Shown here in pieces: positions 38,301-64,000 of a stretch of DNA of 64,000 bases (positions are counted from its first letter, which is position 1; each line of letters opens with the position of its first letter). Both the position numbers and the translations under genes were made by a program. Below the pieces are notes generated by a model. It was not told where the DNA came from, searched no databases, and saw nothing but the letters and a program-made list of their open reading frames with translations. This DNA is from Tubiluchus corallicola (taxonomy: Eukaryota; Animalia; Priapulida), in assembly GCA_030141605.1 (NCBI GenBank), contig JAQGDQ010000121.1:248001-312000 (forward strand). Direction: 5' to 3'.

Positions 38301-39825
38301 CTCGCAGATCCATAACAATATCAATATTAGCAGCGCTGAAATCATTAAACTTTTGTTGATCACAACAACAACAAGAACATCATCATCATCATCAACAACA
38401 ACAACAACAACAACAACAGCAGCAGCACCAACAACAATAACAGGTTTTGTAGCGTGCTTTAAAAGTATCAAATTAAATTTTTTTGCTTGTTTCGTATGGG
38501 CTATGTATATGTGGCTATGTATATGTATTTGTATATGTATATGTATATGTACATGTATATGTATGTGTATATGTGGTTTTTGCGGAGATCATACGGCACA
38601 TTATATTACTTTGTTACAATATGGCTAGGCTGGCACTAATCAGTCATATAACCATAAGCTATGCTTTGCTATTATTGATTGAATGATGTCACCAAAGATA
38701 AAGACATGTCACAGAATTCTTGTAAGCGCCATAGCATCACTAACAACTTCTGAAGAACAGAGAGAATCTGAACTTCTTAGGCGCAGCAATAAGAACTATA
38801 AATTTTAAGGGCTAAGACGACGCGAATTGTTGCAAAAAACTTTTAATGGCAGCAGGCTTTTAACATTTCAAAAAGGAGAAAACAATTGTCTGAAAAGGAA
38901 GAGAAAGCATAAATCTAGCACACTTTAGCACAGTCAAATGTAAAACGTGGTAACCGAAATTTTTAAAGTACTCAAAAATGGCAACTAAAAGCTAAGGCAA
39001 TAAAGTGGAGAAGGAGGATAACTAAAATAAAGGAAATGGCAAGCAAAAAAGTTTTAAGCTGTAGAAGCAAGAAAGAACAGTACGTGAGAAATCAAATGTG
39101 ACGACGAGAACTAAAGGTTCTAATGAGAAGTTAAAGATATGATGACAAGGAAAATGAAAAGTCAATGTGGGAATAGAAGACAGTTACTGAAGAATGACAG
39201 GTCACATGCATATTTTTGAAAGGCAGATATAATGTGATGGTGCAGCATATGTACAAAACTAAAAATCAGTAAGGAGCAACAGTACACAGCGGCAAATCAA
39301 ATGTGGTGGCAAGAAGCAAAAGAGTAAAGGTAACAAATCAAATATTGCGACAGAAGCAAAAGTATAAAGACGGCAAATCAAACCTGGTGAGAAAAAGCAA
39401 CAACATTAAAGATGAGCGAGTGAGTGAGTGAGTGAGAGGCAGTGAACGTGAAGCGCTGCTCCAATTTTCTTTAGAAAATGTCAAGTTTATTGTTGGATTG
39501 CTCCTTTTTTTGCAGGTCTGCTCGAACATAGGCCTCTAAACAAAACAGGGGAATAACACCATTTCTATACACTATTGACCTTTATTGTTTATCCAACGGC
39601 AACTTTATAATACTATAAGCAACATTGGTAATTTTAATTTATAACCTGTTGGCCAGAATGCACTGAAATTTCAAACGACCACATAACATCGTCTAAATAT
39701 TGCACTCAAGAACTCGAAACTGTCTTTTCTTGTTTCCTCCAGTCTGAAACAACAGGCTTCCCACATTTTTTCCTTTCTTTAGAAGTACAGTTTCTATAAG
39801 CTGTTCCTCTAGATGTTTTCTGTCT

Positions 39826-51428
<11,603 letters not shown>

Positions 51429-52769
51429 GGTACAGACGTAGAAATAATTTAGCTGCCGACGCAATCTTAAAAGTTGGTTGTAATATCCATTAAACGAGCA
51501 CAAGAGTGTTTTACAATAGAAAATTCTTTTATTGTCGTTAAAGTTGCTGTAGAATGCTCAGGATCTCGAACTTGGAAAATACCTTTGATAAAAAAATAAC
51601 GCTCTATTTCAGCCATTGGAGTTCTCGTCTACTCCATAGAATAAGCATATACTGCCATATAGCACTTTTCTGTTCAAATTCGAACTTTGCTAAAAATCAC
51701 CTACTTTATAGTTTTATATTCTTTAAACAAGGATGTCACTAGTACAAATTTTAATATAGAATAAAAACCACGTTTTTATTACTCAAGCATTTTATAAGCG
51801 ATTGTACACAATTTTTTATTATAATGTTATGTGAACGTAAGATCATCCATCTGTGTTTGTCATACACAGGAAATATGGTAGTCGTGATCATGGTTTTCTT
51901 CCCCGTTCCGTAGGATGGTGTCTATTGCATCAACTTCCTGACATGCTTTGGGTACAGTTGCATTTATGCATCAAAAATACATGTATCAAGTATTCTGTAC
52001 ACTTAAGTGACACGGATTTGTTCTTAAACCGGGTTTAACAATAACATTATTGGGTTTAATCAAATCCAGTAGTGTCTGCAAATAGAAGTATGTACACGTT
52101 TAGGAAGTCAGTTCAATTACTCATACTGAATCAGTAATTTTAGTTAGATTACATTATTTCTTTATTTTGGCAGCTAAATCATAAATTACACAAAAAGTCG
52201 TACAATTAGAAATACATTTACAAAAAACAATTGCAAAAACATATGAAAACCATAATCATTAAAGTGATAAAATCTACTACAATTAAAGTTACAATACAAC
52301 TCATTGAACAGACGTTTATCATTCTTAACCATACGATCTGTACTCGGTATCCTAACGAATGTCAAAATATAATTCACATCGACTTTTAAATGTTTCAGAC
52401 TGAAAATAGATGTCGAAGTTCAGAATACATTTTCCACAAAGGATGGATGAATTTTGTAACCTAACAAATAGAGTAGGCTAAGCGCTAAACTATGACATCA
52501 TAGTATAGAAATGTTGTCTAAACACATTTCTAACACTACAATCACGCTGAATTTTCCAAAAAACAATTATTGTAAACAATTTTAATATTCCTTATTAAAA
52601 ACTTTCTATAAATGGATATTCTATAAATAAAAGTGCAATATAAATTAATAAGCTATAAAGAGTAAATATTTTTCTAGAACATTTTCCACAGTTACAATTA
52701 ATATTATTCGCTCTTGCAGCTATAAAGCATTTTAGCATCTAGCGTCCTCATATTAAATCAGTGCTTCGT

Positions 52770-53090
52770 CTTCTTCATATGGTACTCTAAACATCTATTG
52801 TAGACATAGAGCCTCTATCCTTTATTAGAACACTCCAGTGTTTCCTGTCTACAGCTAAAATTTTCAACTCCTGCAATGCTATTGTTAAGTTTCGTCTCAA
52901 CTGTTGTTAATCTTCATCAATTCTTGATATCCAAGTTGTTTTTGGTTTGCCTGGATGTCGTTTAGCAGGTTTCAGTGCCTCGTTCAATACCAATTTTACG
53001 GTGTTGTTTCTGGCAATCTCATGTAAATGGCCTACCTATCTTAGTCTTCTGATTCTAATTTTAGTGCTCCAATGTACCACTTTATTGTCA
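52770..53090 (-). mobile_element. RTE-clade LINE, decayed ORF2 C-terminal fragment
   Basis: Minus-strand translation KIRIRRLR*VGHLHEI..KRHPGKPKTTWISRIDED*..LAVDRKHW matches the RTE C-terminal pattern RRLRWxGH..GRPKxTW..LAxDRxxW, with in-frame stops. Confidence 0.75.
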
Positions 53091-53153
53091 TAAACCAAAT
53101 TCATGGCCAATCAAACGCGTTTTCAACGTTAAATTTTACAATACTACAGAATA

Positions 53154-53800
53154 ATGTGTCCTAGAGCTCATAAACAAGAACAAACTAATAAAACTACGTT
53201 CAATGTTAAACAGATTCAAACGAATAATAAATGTGGACATTATTCAGTTTCAAAGACCGCCTTTAGCATTTGGAATTTAGGCCCTTCTAATATAAAATCA
53301 GCAATAAATATTAAAAGCTTTAAAACAAAACTAAGAAATGCCCTATTAAGAAACTACAAAAAAAAAACAGCGAATAAGGGGGATAAAATCATATGCGAAA
53401 TTAATGATTTCTTAATGACATTGTGGTAAACTTATAATGATTATGACGTGACATATTATTATTATAACAGTATTTTAATCAAAGTTGTAACTGTGTGTAA
53501 ATTGGATTTTTGTATTATTTGTTAATTTAATGCATTAATGTATTCTGTAAATTTGCAAGTAATTAGTATTATATAAGTTCCTTTTTGTTAATTTTGATTG
53601 TTTTCAATTGTCGCACAATTGTAAAATTTGTAGATGTTACATTGTTTTTTTTTTGTGTGTATAAATGTAATTTTTTTGTTTTGCTTTGCAATATTAAAAA
53701 ATTTTTTGATTGTTAAAATTAAGTAGAAATTTATTAGTGATTGTAAGTTTTAAAGTAGATTTAGTATAGGCACTATTGTATTATTCAGTCCTCCGACTGA
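53154..53800 (+). mobile_element. CR1/L2-group LINE 3' fragment with AT-rich tail
   Basis: ORF text FSIWNLGPSNIKSAINIKSFKTKLRNALLRNY matches the WNxLPxxIK..SFKxxLKxxLL terminus of CR1/L2-group ORF2 and is followed by a T-rich 3'UTR-like tract. Right boundary approximate. Confidence 0.6.
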
Positions 53801-53902
53801 TTGTACACAAAAACTTTATGTATATGTATTTTGTATAGTACAGTTTGTGTGCATATATTGCAACACAGAATATTATATATAGATAGATATTTCTCGGTAT
53901 CT

Positions 53903-54255
53903 TAGGAGTGAGCATCGAACATTCGAGTTTTTTAGCTCTATTTCGATTCGAACTTAAAACTGTAGATTTGAATAATTCAGCACTTCAATAACATACGTTC
54001 GTTATCATTAAAACGTTTGAAACATCATGCAATTAGCACAATTTAGCTGCGATACCTAAACAATTTTAAACAAATTATTAGTGTTTTTGCCGCAGAACAA
54101 AATCGAGTAATATGCATGATCTAGACCGCTTTTTACTAGTGGTTCGAAAACTTGTTCGAAAATCTTTCAAACTCATTTCGAATATTCGAAATACTGAAGT
54201 TCGGTTCGATTCTAATTTGAAAGTCACAAATTCGATTCTATTCGAATTGCTTTCT
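53903..54255. mobile_element. Non-autonomous element-like segment rich in TTCGAA/TCGA motifs
   Basis: Clusters of TTCGA(A) at both ends of a ~350-bp segment in otherwise CpG-poor DNA. Confidence 0.35.
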
Positions 54256-54373
54256 GGCAGAGATTTAATAGATGTTTATTTATTACAAAAGATTTTTTCC
54301 AAATTGCATATGTTTAGCTTGTTAATGGTTTATGATGAACTTCGGAAACAACTATGACGTTTGTAAATTTTCA

Positions 54374-54425
<52 letters not shown>

Positions 54426-56545
54426 TACGTAAGCATTTCACAGCACCGATAGTGTTAGTTAACCATCAAACAAAAATCGTACGCATTCATTAATGCCAGA
54501 CTTGGACAATGGACTACTCAGGTCTATGAAATAAAAAGTCAAAACCATGAAGACAGTATCCTTCCTTGACGGACACTGTTTCTCACTGAAATCAGATATA
54601 ATTGCCTAGCGTATATTTAATATCTAAATCTGATTTATATAAGATTTTAATCTGATTAAATAAGAATTATGCAAAGATCTCTATCAAAGCACTCAATGCT
54701 GTTGCAGAGTTTGGGAATATCGTACACCAAAATATCTTCTTCATTAGAGGGTAACTAAATCTGACTCTTTGTTTAATATAATCCGTTAAAAAACTGCGTA
54801 TACCACGTAGCAACTAATTTCGGTATTTGTAACTAACAAAGAAATTTGGTTTAACTTCAACTTGAAACAGGCGTATTTTGTCAAAGCAAAAGCACCTATT
54901 AATTACAGGTATCGAACCACATCGGTAAATTTTTGCTGACGAAGTACCTAGAGGCTACATCAGGGCTTTAATTAAAAAACGATTGAAAAGAACATAAATG
55001 TTAACATCCTATTCAGTCTTCAGTCCCAGGCAGTTTTAGAAGCAAGGCCATAGCTCAGTAATTAACCGTGCCCGAGAACTTGCGCCACCTACCATTTACT
55101 TTGCGCGATTTAGACAAGAAATGGGCCTAAAGGAATTTTGAATTTCGAACCCTTCTATAAACACTATCTTCGTGGAAAATACCTTACTGCAGTTCATCAT
55201 ACTCGCAACTGAGTATATTTCAGTCAATTAAACGCGGATTTTTTGAGGGATTGTAAAAATGCACGTATGGCCATTTTTTGTTTTTTTGAAACAGCAAATT
55301 ATGGAACTAAATTATTCTTCGGTTGTACGACTAATAGCAAATTTTAAAGTGTGTACAAAATCCCATTAAAAATGCCGGGCGTTTCAAATATCAATTTCAA
55401 ACATACTGTATATTTTTATATAACTAGTGGTGTTACTGAGATTTTTATGTTACCGATGGTTCACCTCATATGATATGCACGAGTGCTTTGTAAATTGTCT
55501 TGTATTGTTATACGTTATTAATTTTTGCACCTATATCAGAAAAATTATGTTCCAATAATAATAATAAGTGGTAAATGGCAAAAGTTTCTGATTGAAGCCA
55601 ATAAAATTACGTTTAGATTGAAATAAAGAAAAGAAACCTTAGTAATGAATGTTGACCAATGTTGAAAAGGCACTGCATTAAAAGCAACTTAGATGGTTGT
55701 AATAGGCTTTAAGTGATTACACAGTTATGTAATTATGTAAGCACACGTTTGTAAATTACATTTGTATATTTTACTGTTTTCCGTAACTGTATACAATTTT
55801 GTTCTTGTTAATAGTATAAATATGTAAATATTAATTTTTCTGACGTCACGTTGTTATTGCACTTACGTCAATAATTTTGTCAGTAAAACGAAAAACAGGC
55901 GATGTCTTATATTGTACTGAAATCTGTGAGTTTGCTTTGTGTTGTGGTATTTATAAAATAATGATGTATATGACGTAATTTTTTGTACTTAAAATTACAG
56001 ATATTAGGTTTGAACCAATTGTTATATAATCAGGCTGTATAACTACTTTACTTGTGTATGTGATTAATTGCATAAATGTATATAACAATTGCAGTAAAAA
56101 CCTCATAGATATAGACAGAATATAATATGTACAGACAGTATAGAATATAAATGTGTACTGGTCTATAGCGTAAAAATAAGAAATTAAACACGCGTATGTT
56201 TGCGCAGTGAATTGAATTTATTACAACTGCTGTCATCCACTAAGCAGCATTTTGTACATAAGCAGCGTTTCAAACACATAATAATAATAACAACTGTGTC
56301 AACAGTAAGGCCATAAATATAATAGCATTTTACAAAGTTAGTAAAAAAGATTAATAATACAATACACTATAGTGTCTCCTACGCAAAGCACTTCTTAACG
56401 GCACAAAATGACTTGAATTTATGTGGACTAAGCGTGAAAAATTCAAACTCTTACAAGGATGAAATAATATCATTGATTGCTTTCCATTTTTGATTTGCCA
56501 TGCAGAATTTTTTTCTCTTTCTCAATATTCTCGTTTTAGCTAAGT

Positions 56546-58416
56546 TTAGTAAGCTATACGGCCGTTTCCGTTCACCGTTACAGCGCCACCATTGCCGACA
56601 GCAGCGTCGCCCGTATAATGGAAAGCATTATCAGCAAAGCCCCAGATTGGTTCTCTCAAGTCGTAGGAGTAGAGCGTTCTTGGCTGCGTGTAGTCGTACC
56701 CTTCGCTGTAAAAAATAAGAGTATTGAAACCAAGTTATTAATTTAATATTTGTTCAGTTCAAACAAAAAAACATGGTTTGATATTGTTCAAATTTAGCGA
56801 AGACTAAGCGACAGGGCCTTCATTGTGGTTGAACACTGAAGAGGAACCTAAGTTATTATAAAGAATAATCTTGTAAGATCAGATATTGAAAAGGCAATAT
56901 TTCTTTCTTGGAGGAGATAAATAATTAAGAAACAGTGTGGTTGACAAAAGTGCCCAGAATCACTTCTCGTTCGTCAAACATCCATTTACTAACCAAGCTC
57001 ACCGTTGCTTAACTATGGTCACTAAGCACACACTACGACCACTCAGGTGTTCGCCACGCCGCAAACTTTTAAACGTAAAAACACCTTGTTCTACTGGGCA
57101 CTAGAATTACACAGATAAACCCACGTCAAAAATAAAATCGCTTGGTAAACTCACAGTGGACTAGTAAGTGACGTCACATTCAGAGTAAATTCAGACATAT
57201 AGTAATTTTATTGCAAAAGAACTTCTTCATTTCTATTCTAATTATTTACTAATAAATTTTGCCGCAGTAGGTCGTGAATTTTCAGACTGTAAACGCGGAC
57301 TCCCATCGTCAATGAAATTTCAACATCTTTCTCGATTGATTAGATTTTAATTAAAGGCATTACATTATAATTGAACCTTTGCAAACTATGTTAAAGGCCC
57401 TGACTTTGCAAAATTTGAGAATTTGACCAACAGGATTTGCACTGCCAGTTGAGTGACTAGATATCACGTCGGCAACTTTTACACAGTGTGTTTAAATATC
57501 ACTAAGTTAAGTTCCTCTTATAGAAACCAAAACAATAATCTACTAAGCTGTAGTAATTTATAGAAGCCAAGACAGTAATCTAATCTAGTAAACTGTAGTT
57601 ATTTACTTACTTGTAGTTATATTCATAACCCACGGTTTTCTTTGCTGTTTCCGTCGCTTCTGCATTGTCGTTGCTGAACAGAGTTCCAGTAGCGGTCCCA
57701 GATCTGGTGAAATCCACGCTGCTGGATCTTTCTCCAGACCCACGGATGCCTCCACTGGAAACAGGTCCATAACGAGTGGTAGTGAAGTAGGTCGGTTGGT
57801 CAGTGACATCTACTATCGGTCCCTGAAAATTAACATTAACTCCTGCTGTACCACTGCTGATAGGAACAATGCCTCTAGAAACTGCTGGAAAAGTACCTCC
57901 AGTGGCAGGAAAGACTCTTCGAGAAACTGGAATAACCCCTCCGGACGTGACAGTTCCACTGCCTCCAGTTGAAACAACAACTGTGGAAGAGCCTGAGCTG
58001 CTTTCTCTGACATCACCGCCATCGTCATCATCACTACTATCGACGACATCAACAGCACCCCCAGTACCAACAAGCTGGAATCTTCCGCCACCACCACGAG
58101 TAACGAGAATGCGTCCTGCTCCATCGTTGATAAATCGACCCGCACCGCCGAGGCCTCCTCCTACAATGTACCGATTTCCATCAGCACCTACGACAGCACG
58201 ACCACCGAGACCTCCACCTACCAGGTACTGACCGCCACTGAGACTTCTGGCTCCGTCGGTTATGACAATGCGGCCATTGTTAAAATTGCCACCATGGCCG
58301 TATCGGCCACTGCCAAGGAAACCACCACTTCCCCGCAAACCAAGACGTCTGTACGTTTCAGGAGTTCCAGCAGCAGATATACCAACAACCACTGTAAGCA
58401 GAATTATCAACTTCAT
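56546..58416 (-). CDS. Secreted glycine-rich low-complexity protein (putative structural/matrix protein), 2 coding exons, 321 aa
   Basis: Exon 58416-57611 (ATG one base after a CAG acceptor; signal peptide MKLIILLTVVVGISA; Gly/Arg/Val-rich; donor AA|GTAAGT) joins in phase to exon 56705-56546 (acceptor TTTTTTACAG; EGYDYTQPRTLYSYDLREPIWGFADNAFHY...GRIAY-stop). Both exons are clearly more GC-rich than their flanks. Confidence 0.85.
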
Positions 58417-58863
58417 CCTGAGAAAAATATAAAAACTCATATTACATCTATATATACAAAACTCTTGAAATTCTAAATCTTGTAAAGCTGCAAGAATTGA
58501 AATGAAATTGAATTTAGTTGAAGTGAGCTGAAATACAAATTTTCAGTCTCAGAACTTTACTGAACAGAATTTTACCATTAACAACAAAAGCCTGCAAACA
58601 GAAAGTCACTGTTCGTTACGAAAGGGGGATGGTACAATTAATTGCTTCTTGCCTCCGAAGAACTCTTTCGTGTCCAAAATACTTGAGTTATTGTCTTATT
58701 GAGTAATCTTTTTAAATGTAAAAAATTAATAATTTATTTATAATTTGATTTAAGCGTTTCGCTTCTAAAGTCTTACTAAATAAATAATACTCTTTTTTAA
58801 ATAAATAAATGTCAGATAAACAAAAGCAAACAGTTAAGCAAAACAAATAATAAATAAATATAC

Positions 58864-58952
58864 CTTGTATCAGTTGACGAACACGCAGACCACTAAAGAA
58901 GTGTCGTAGGAGGCTGAAGGTATCACATTGTCACAGAACTGTCAATATATAC
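58864..58952 (-). promoter_or_regulatory. TATA box and non-coding first exon of the Gly-rich protein gene
   Basis: TATATATT on the minus strand at about 58944-58951, an Inr-like TCAG about 30 nt downstream, and a donor AAG|GTAT at 58864 that could splice to the CAG acceptor at 58418-58420. Confidence 0.55.
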
Positions 58953-61868
58953 CACACTGCTTCTGTCCTTGACCCACCTTTTCTTAGTTCCCTGACAGGC
59001 GTAAACGTCTGCTACCTGAAATCAACAATAATAGTCTTCCGGCGATGACAGTCTTTAGTTATAATTACAGGTGAGTTTCTACTTTTTCTTCAAGGTGAGA
59101 GTGAAAATAAAAAAAGCTTTTGTCACCATCCATCACCTTTTACAAGACCGCATGTACTTAAAACAGAATTTATTGCTTCATCTGTGTCCTTGAGTACAAG
59201 TAGAAAGTTAGTGATAAATTATCAGGCTTTTAGAAATATTTGCAAGGGGTCCAACCATGGTTGAAACACACCTCCATTTAAACAACGTACATGCATATTT
59301 TCTGTAGCGCAAAGTTATTTTAGCTTTTTCAAACATTTTGAGAATTTAACCTTAGGATGATTAGAAAATAGGTATTGGCCATAACCATAAATTTATGGTA
59401 AAGTTCGTCAACACAGGTTCGACTGTACTTAACTAATTTTATCAAGTAACCGAATTTGTATGTAGAAATCCACTATATGTACTCTTGCTTCGTATACGTA
59501 CAGGTCAGTTGTTTCGTGTACTTTGCTTGAGTTGTTGAATATCTTGAGTCTCGTAATCAACATATCTCGCTAAAACTTGTGTGTACCTACATCCAGGAGA
59601 GTTGGCGTTTCTAACAAGTTTCCCGGCAAAAATTAAAGGGGTCATCAACCATGTACTGGCGCTCATTTGTCAAAAAAGTTCTGATAAAAAGTTTATGATG
59701 AGCTGCTTTAATAATAGCCGGATGGTCGGGATAACCCAATAAATTATTCTAATAAACACGGCACGTCGTTCTGCGTTCTATATTTAGCTGGATAACCTGG
59801 CGCTTACGAATGAGCATATTTTTAATTTGTCTCATCCCAGTTGCGTCAATTCTAAGACAGATTTTTTTCTACTTATATTTCAGGAAAAACTTATGTCAAA
59901 TTCACGAAAACTATTTAAGGTCGATTATAGGCTATTATTAAACAGGGCATTCGCAATTTAACTATATTATTCCTATTATGTTGTGGAATTATTTTGATAA
60001 ATAAATTGCGCCCTACTTTTGTAACTGCCGTTAGCCAATCGACTGGAGAAATTGTCTGCTGTTTACTATTTATGTTTATTGGATTGAGTTTCCTGGCTTT
60101 TACTAACAAAAATCTTAATGAAACTGTATAGTAGCCTATTTAGGCCACTTCAGACCCAGTATTATAAAATGTGTCAGAACCTAAAATAAATTATTAGATA
60201 CAGCATAGACTGAAATGCTGATTAAGAGAAAAGGTACATTTATTGACTTTTGTCGAAATTAAAATTGTCAAAATTGGATTTTGTCAAGCTTTCATCGTTT
60301 GATAATAGATCAATTCTAACTACATATATTAACCTGTTTCAAGCTCTTTATCCGTGGCAAGCATTTCTATAATGGGAAAACTTCTTGTTGTTGCAGCTTT
60401 CTCCCGATTCTCCCGTTTATATGTCTCGTGAGTTATTAAAACAACAGATTCAAAGCCTGATTTGCAATTGCAAACATTTTAGACCTGAAGTTTCAGTTTA
60501 GTCTAATGTTGCACGTGTCCTTTTTTCGTACATTGCTAACGCCTTTCCTATGTTCACTTATTATAGAAACAGGCCTTAGAAACAGAAATAAAACTGTTTT
60601 TCATGAGCAATGCACTTTTTGTCTTGTCAACTATCCGAAATTAGACTTCGTAATTAGTCGTAAGGTGGTTCTTGAATACCCTCCAAACCGGATTTGCAAA
60701 GATAATTCAATATAAGCCTGTTCAAAGAGTTTCTCCCTGGAAACCAGTTATTATTAGGCATATGTTTGCTTTGCCACTCGCCTGTGCGCTGCAGTTAGCT
60801 ATGTCAAAAGTAATTATGTTAAATGATAACGTAAAACGCTATATTAGATGAGACAAAATGTCAACTATATGCAGCTAAAACTTACCTGCTACTATCTCAT
60901 AACGTGACGTCTAACCAATTTGTTATCATCTGTCATCATGTATTGAGTGCAATGATTATCGTTCGTCATACAATATTTTAATCTTTGTGTTCATCGTTTT
61001 AGTTTTACAGCTAGGAACGAAATGTAGATCCTACAAGTGCACTAAAATAAATTAAAATCATTTCTTTATAGTTACATTTTTGAAATTTAACCATTAAATA
61101 ATGCATAAAATAAATAAAGACTTTTAGTCTGACAGCTCTGAAACCATAAAATAGCAATTTAACAACCTCTCGACATGATATTTTATTTGGCTTAAACCTG
61201 ACAAGTTCTCAACATCGAAGGTTTAATACTAATTACCGCAGAAAAATTGTTTAACAAAGCTATGAAAAACGTTTCCAACTATTTTTGTTTGGGTCTACCG
61301 GTTGCCCCCTATCTTTCCGCGCAAAATGTCATTGAGGCGACCTTTAATAGTGTGCGTTAAACAGGTTATTTTACATGGCTGACTTCATAACCTCCAGCAG
61401 TACACCGTTAGTTTAGTTATCAGAAGGTTAAAAAATGGGAATTCACTTCATTTGTCAACATTTGACAAATTGCTTCTTACGCTAATCAACAAGCTGAAAA
61501 CTCACGTCAGAATAAGGCAACACCGCTACATCTGCGCCCATTACATTTAGTAGAGGACAGTCTATAACGTTCCGTGACACTTGCACTAGAACAAAGATTT
61601 GAAAACTGTTTTAGATTGCCTGAGGAGCACTGAAAAATTAGGCTTGGGCGGGACGAAATTTCAAAAATGCGCAAATCCTAACAAAATAGATTTCACACTG
61701 GATAAAAATGTATAGTTTGAGCTACCTCTGAACCTTTTATTAGGTCACTGTGATTGTAAATTTGATAAAATCAATGCACTTTCGGTCAAAGGTTAAATTT
61801 TCCCATAATGTTAGGCTCGGTCTGCTCTGCCTAAAGGTCTTATCAGCTTCAACTGTAACAGTGGCTGG

Positions 61869-62014
61869 CGGTACTCAAGAATCAGTCACCAAATCGGATA
61901 GTGGTAAATATGATAACTTGTCTGACTTTCCAACGAGCAGTCGGTACTCATGAATCAGTCACCAAATCGGATAGTGGTGAATATGATAACTTGTCTGACT
62001 TTCCAACGAGCAGT
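61869..62014. repeat. Tandem duplication, 2 x 73 bp
   Basis: CGGTACTCA.GAATCAGTCACCAAATCGGATAGTGGT.AATATGATAACTTGTCTGACTTTCCAACGAGCAGT occurs twice with 2 mismatches. Confidence 0.92.
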
Positions 62015-62663
62015 CATATGAACTGTGAACAACTTCGGTATCAAAATATGTATACTGCCTTTTTAATTTTTTAAAGTTGTTCGATTATAATAATCGTTTG
62101 TAATAACTGCAGAACGTTTTATGCAAAGAAAATTTCTCAGTAATGATAAAGACTCTGTACAACTGGACGTATTAGCATTCGTTTACAACAAAGTCATCAT
62201 CATGATTCCAACCATTTTTCCATGTCATTTTTGGTAACCAAGTGTTGGTAACCTAGAGAAACCCAGTCTTGAACACACTTCTCTCGTTCCATAACTGAGC
62301 TTAATATTATAAAGTGTAGCCAGCAGAAGGGCGCTCCATAGCAGGCTATACACTCCCTTATGATTACAGATACTCCGAGACCAACCGAAATACTTAGTAG
62401 AAACACTTCAACACATGAGAGCTTACCTTAGTAACTCGAATACTAATACCAATACAATTAAATATTAAGGTGTATTCTTGATATTCTTCTTCTTCTATTC
62501 TATTACTTCTTAAGTTGGTATAAATTGGTAAATTTGTTACTTGATGTCCCAACTATTAGTTGCAAGTGCACTTAGTATTTCAGAAGTTGGTAGCTGGTAT
62601 TTTGTTGTTTAGCAGTTGTGCAGACTTTCTTGATATTGAGTGGAAATTTAAAAAATTTACTAG

Positions 62664-62836
<173 letters not shown>

Positions 62837-63577
62837 ACTATTTTTACCATTATGACGATAACGATGATGACGATGATCGTCATCATCATCATCATTGTCA
62901 TTATTATCTACAAAACTTCACTATATTGCTTACTGGTTTCATTAGTCATGATAAAAAATTATGTTTGGTTTTGTTGTATTTTAGACACAGAAAACCAAAC
63001 TATTCCATTTTTGCGATACGATAAGGGAGTTTTGTTTTGCCCGATAAAACAGTTCACTTCGTCTGAGTTGAAATGAATCTGAGAAATCCACAACGTGAAC
63101 TGTCATGTTTTCTGTGTAGTCGTGCAAATAAAATACTGGTTTTGCATCACCAGGCGGGAATCTGCGCAACACATTTTCACTTGTTCTTTAACATTCGGTG
63201 TTGTGCGGTGCAGCGTGACTCACAGTATTTGCGGGTTAGACGTGTTTGTAAAATTTGAAAGAAATTTATTTATATGCGACAGTTTTTTGATATTCGAATG
63301 TGTTAACTAATGATACTGTACTTATTAAACGCTGTTCACTAGATATTTGAATGCTATTAAATTTCGGATCTCAAACGCACAGGTAATTTTGCAGGAATTA
63401 TGTCCAAATTAGACATGAGTATACGGCACGTCTGGGAGCATAACCTAAGTAACTCAAGGCGTAACATGTTAGAGAAGAGTTGATGTGTGTTGTTATGCCT
63501 GGTAGTGTTTAATTTATAGTACAGGTGGTCATAGACTGTTCAATTTACAACTGTTCTATTTTACGACCCTCCACATC

Positions 63578-63760
63578 AATTCAATTCAATATTATTTGCA
63601 CCATTATGCTAACGTGTACATTTTTTTGCCACATGGCAAAAAATACAATTACAAAAATACAAAAAAACAAAGTACAAGAACAAATACAAAATACAACAAA
63701 TGCAATGTTGCAAAAACACGGGTTTGTACAAGTTATTTATTTACTTAAATAGCCCATGTA
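63578..63760 (-). mobile_element. Probable LINE 3' end with (TTGAA)n tail
   Basis: AATTCAATTCAAT followed by an A-rich tract on +, the same tail type as the element at 30664. Confidence 0.35.
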
Positions 63761-64000
63761 GTCTGATCTTAATATAAAAACACAAAACCTAAGTAATTAA
63801 AATTGATCACAAGCGAGATTAAATTACACGATCACACAACACAAGGTTTATCCATCATTCACAGTTTACCACCAAGATCTAATTGCCTCTTTTGTCACAT
63901 TCATTTAAGTAGTTTCCAAAGTGAATAAGATCTTCTGGGTTTGTATTTAGAAAAAGCCACATTACTGAGAATGCAATACTTTTTTGAAAAGATAGATTAC

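Noticed and set aside
57813-58476. Alternative-frame and antisense ORFs over the Gly-rich gene
   Set aside because: Shadows of GC-rich Gly codons; only one frame has a signal peptide and an in-phase second exon.
61869-62014. Direct repeats as a possible CRISPR array (also 34761-34854)
   Set aside because: Only two abutting copies, no spacers, eukaryotic context.

Overview
AT-rich, microsatellite-rich eukaryotic genomic DNA with spliceosomal GT-AG introns, probably from an invertebrate animal (taxon not determinable). Splicing by hand gives three minus-strand protein-coding genes with consistent intron phases. (1) A complete Tec/Btk-family tyrosine kinase (17 coding exons, 39826-51428, 677 aa; PH-Btk motif-SH3-SH2-kinase). 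(2) A complete gp130/Domeless-type class I cytokine receptor directly downstream (11 coding exons, 20408-30205, 1063 aa; signal peptide-Ig-Ig-cytokine-binding module-2xFN3-TM-tail) with a degenerate WSXWS position and YSSV and YRPQ docking motifs. (3) A 321-aa secreted Gly-rich protein of no recognised family (56546-58416) with a TATA promoter. Also present: an intact tRNA-Val(TAC) in a kinase intron, a tRNA-derived relic, an inverted frameshifted copy of part of kinase exon 2 about 46 kb away, several LINE 3' fragments, a roughly 700-bp dispersed repeat in two inverted copies, short tandem duplications and many microsatellites. No confident gene was found in 1-20 kb or 59-64 kb. Family assignments come from recognised motifs, not database searches.
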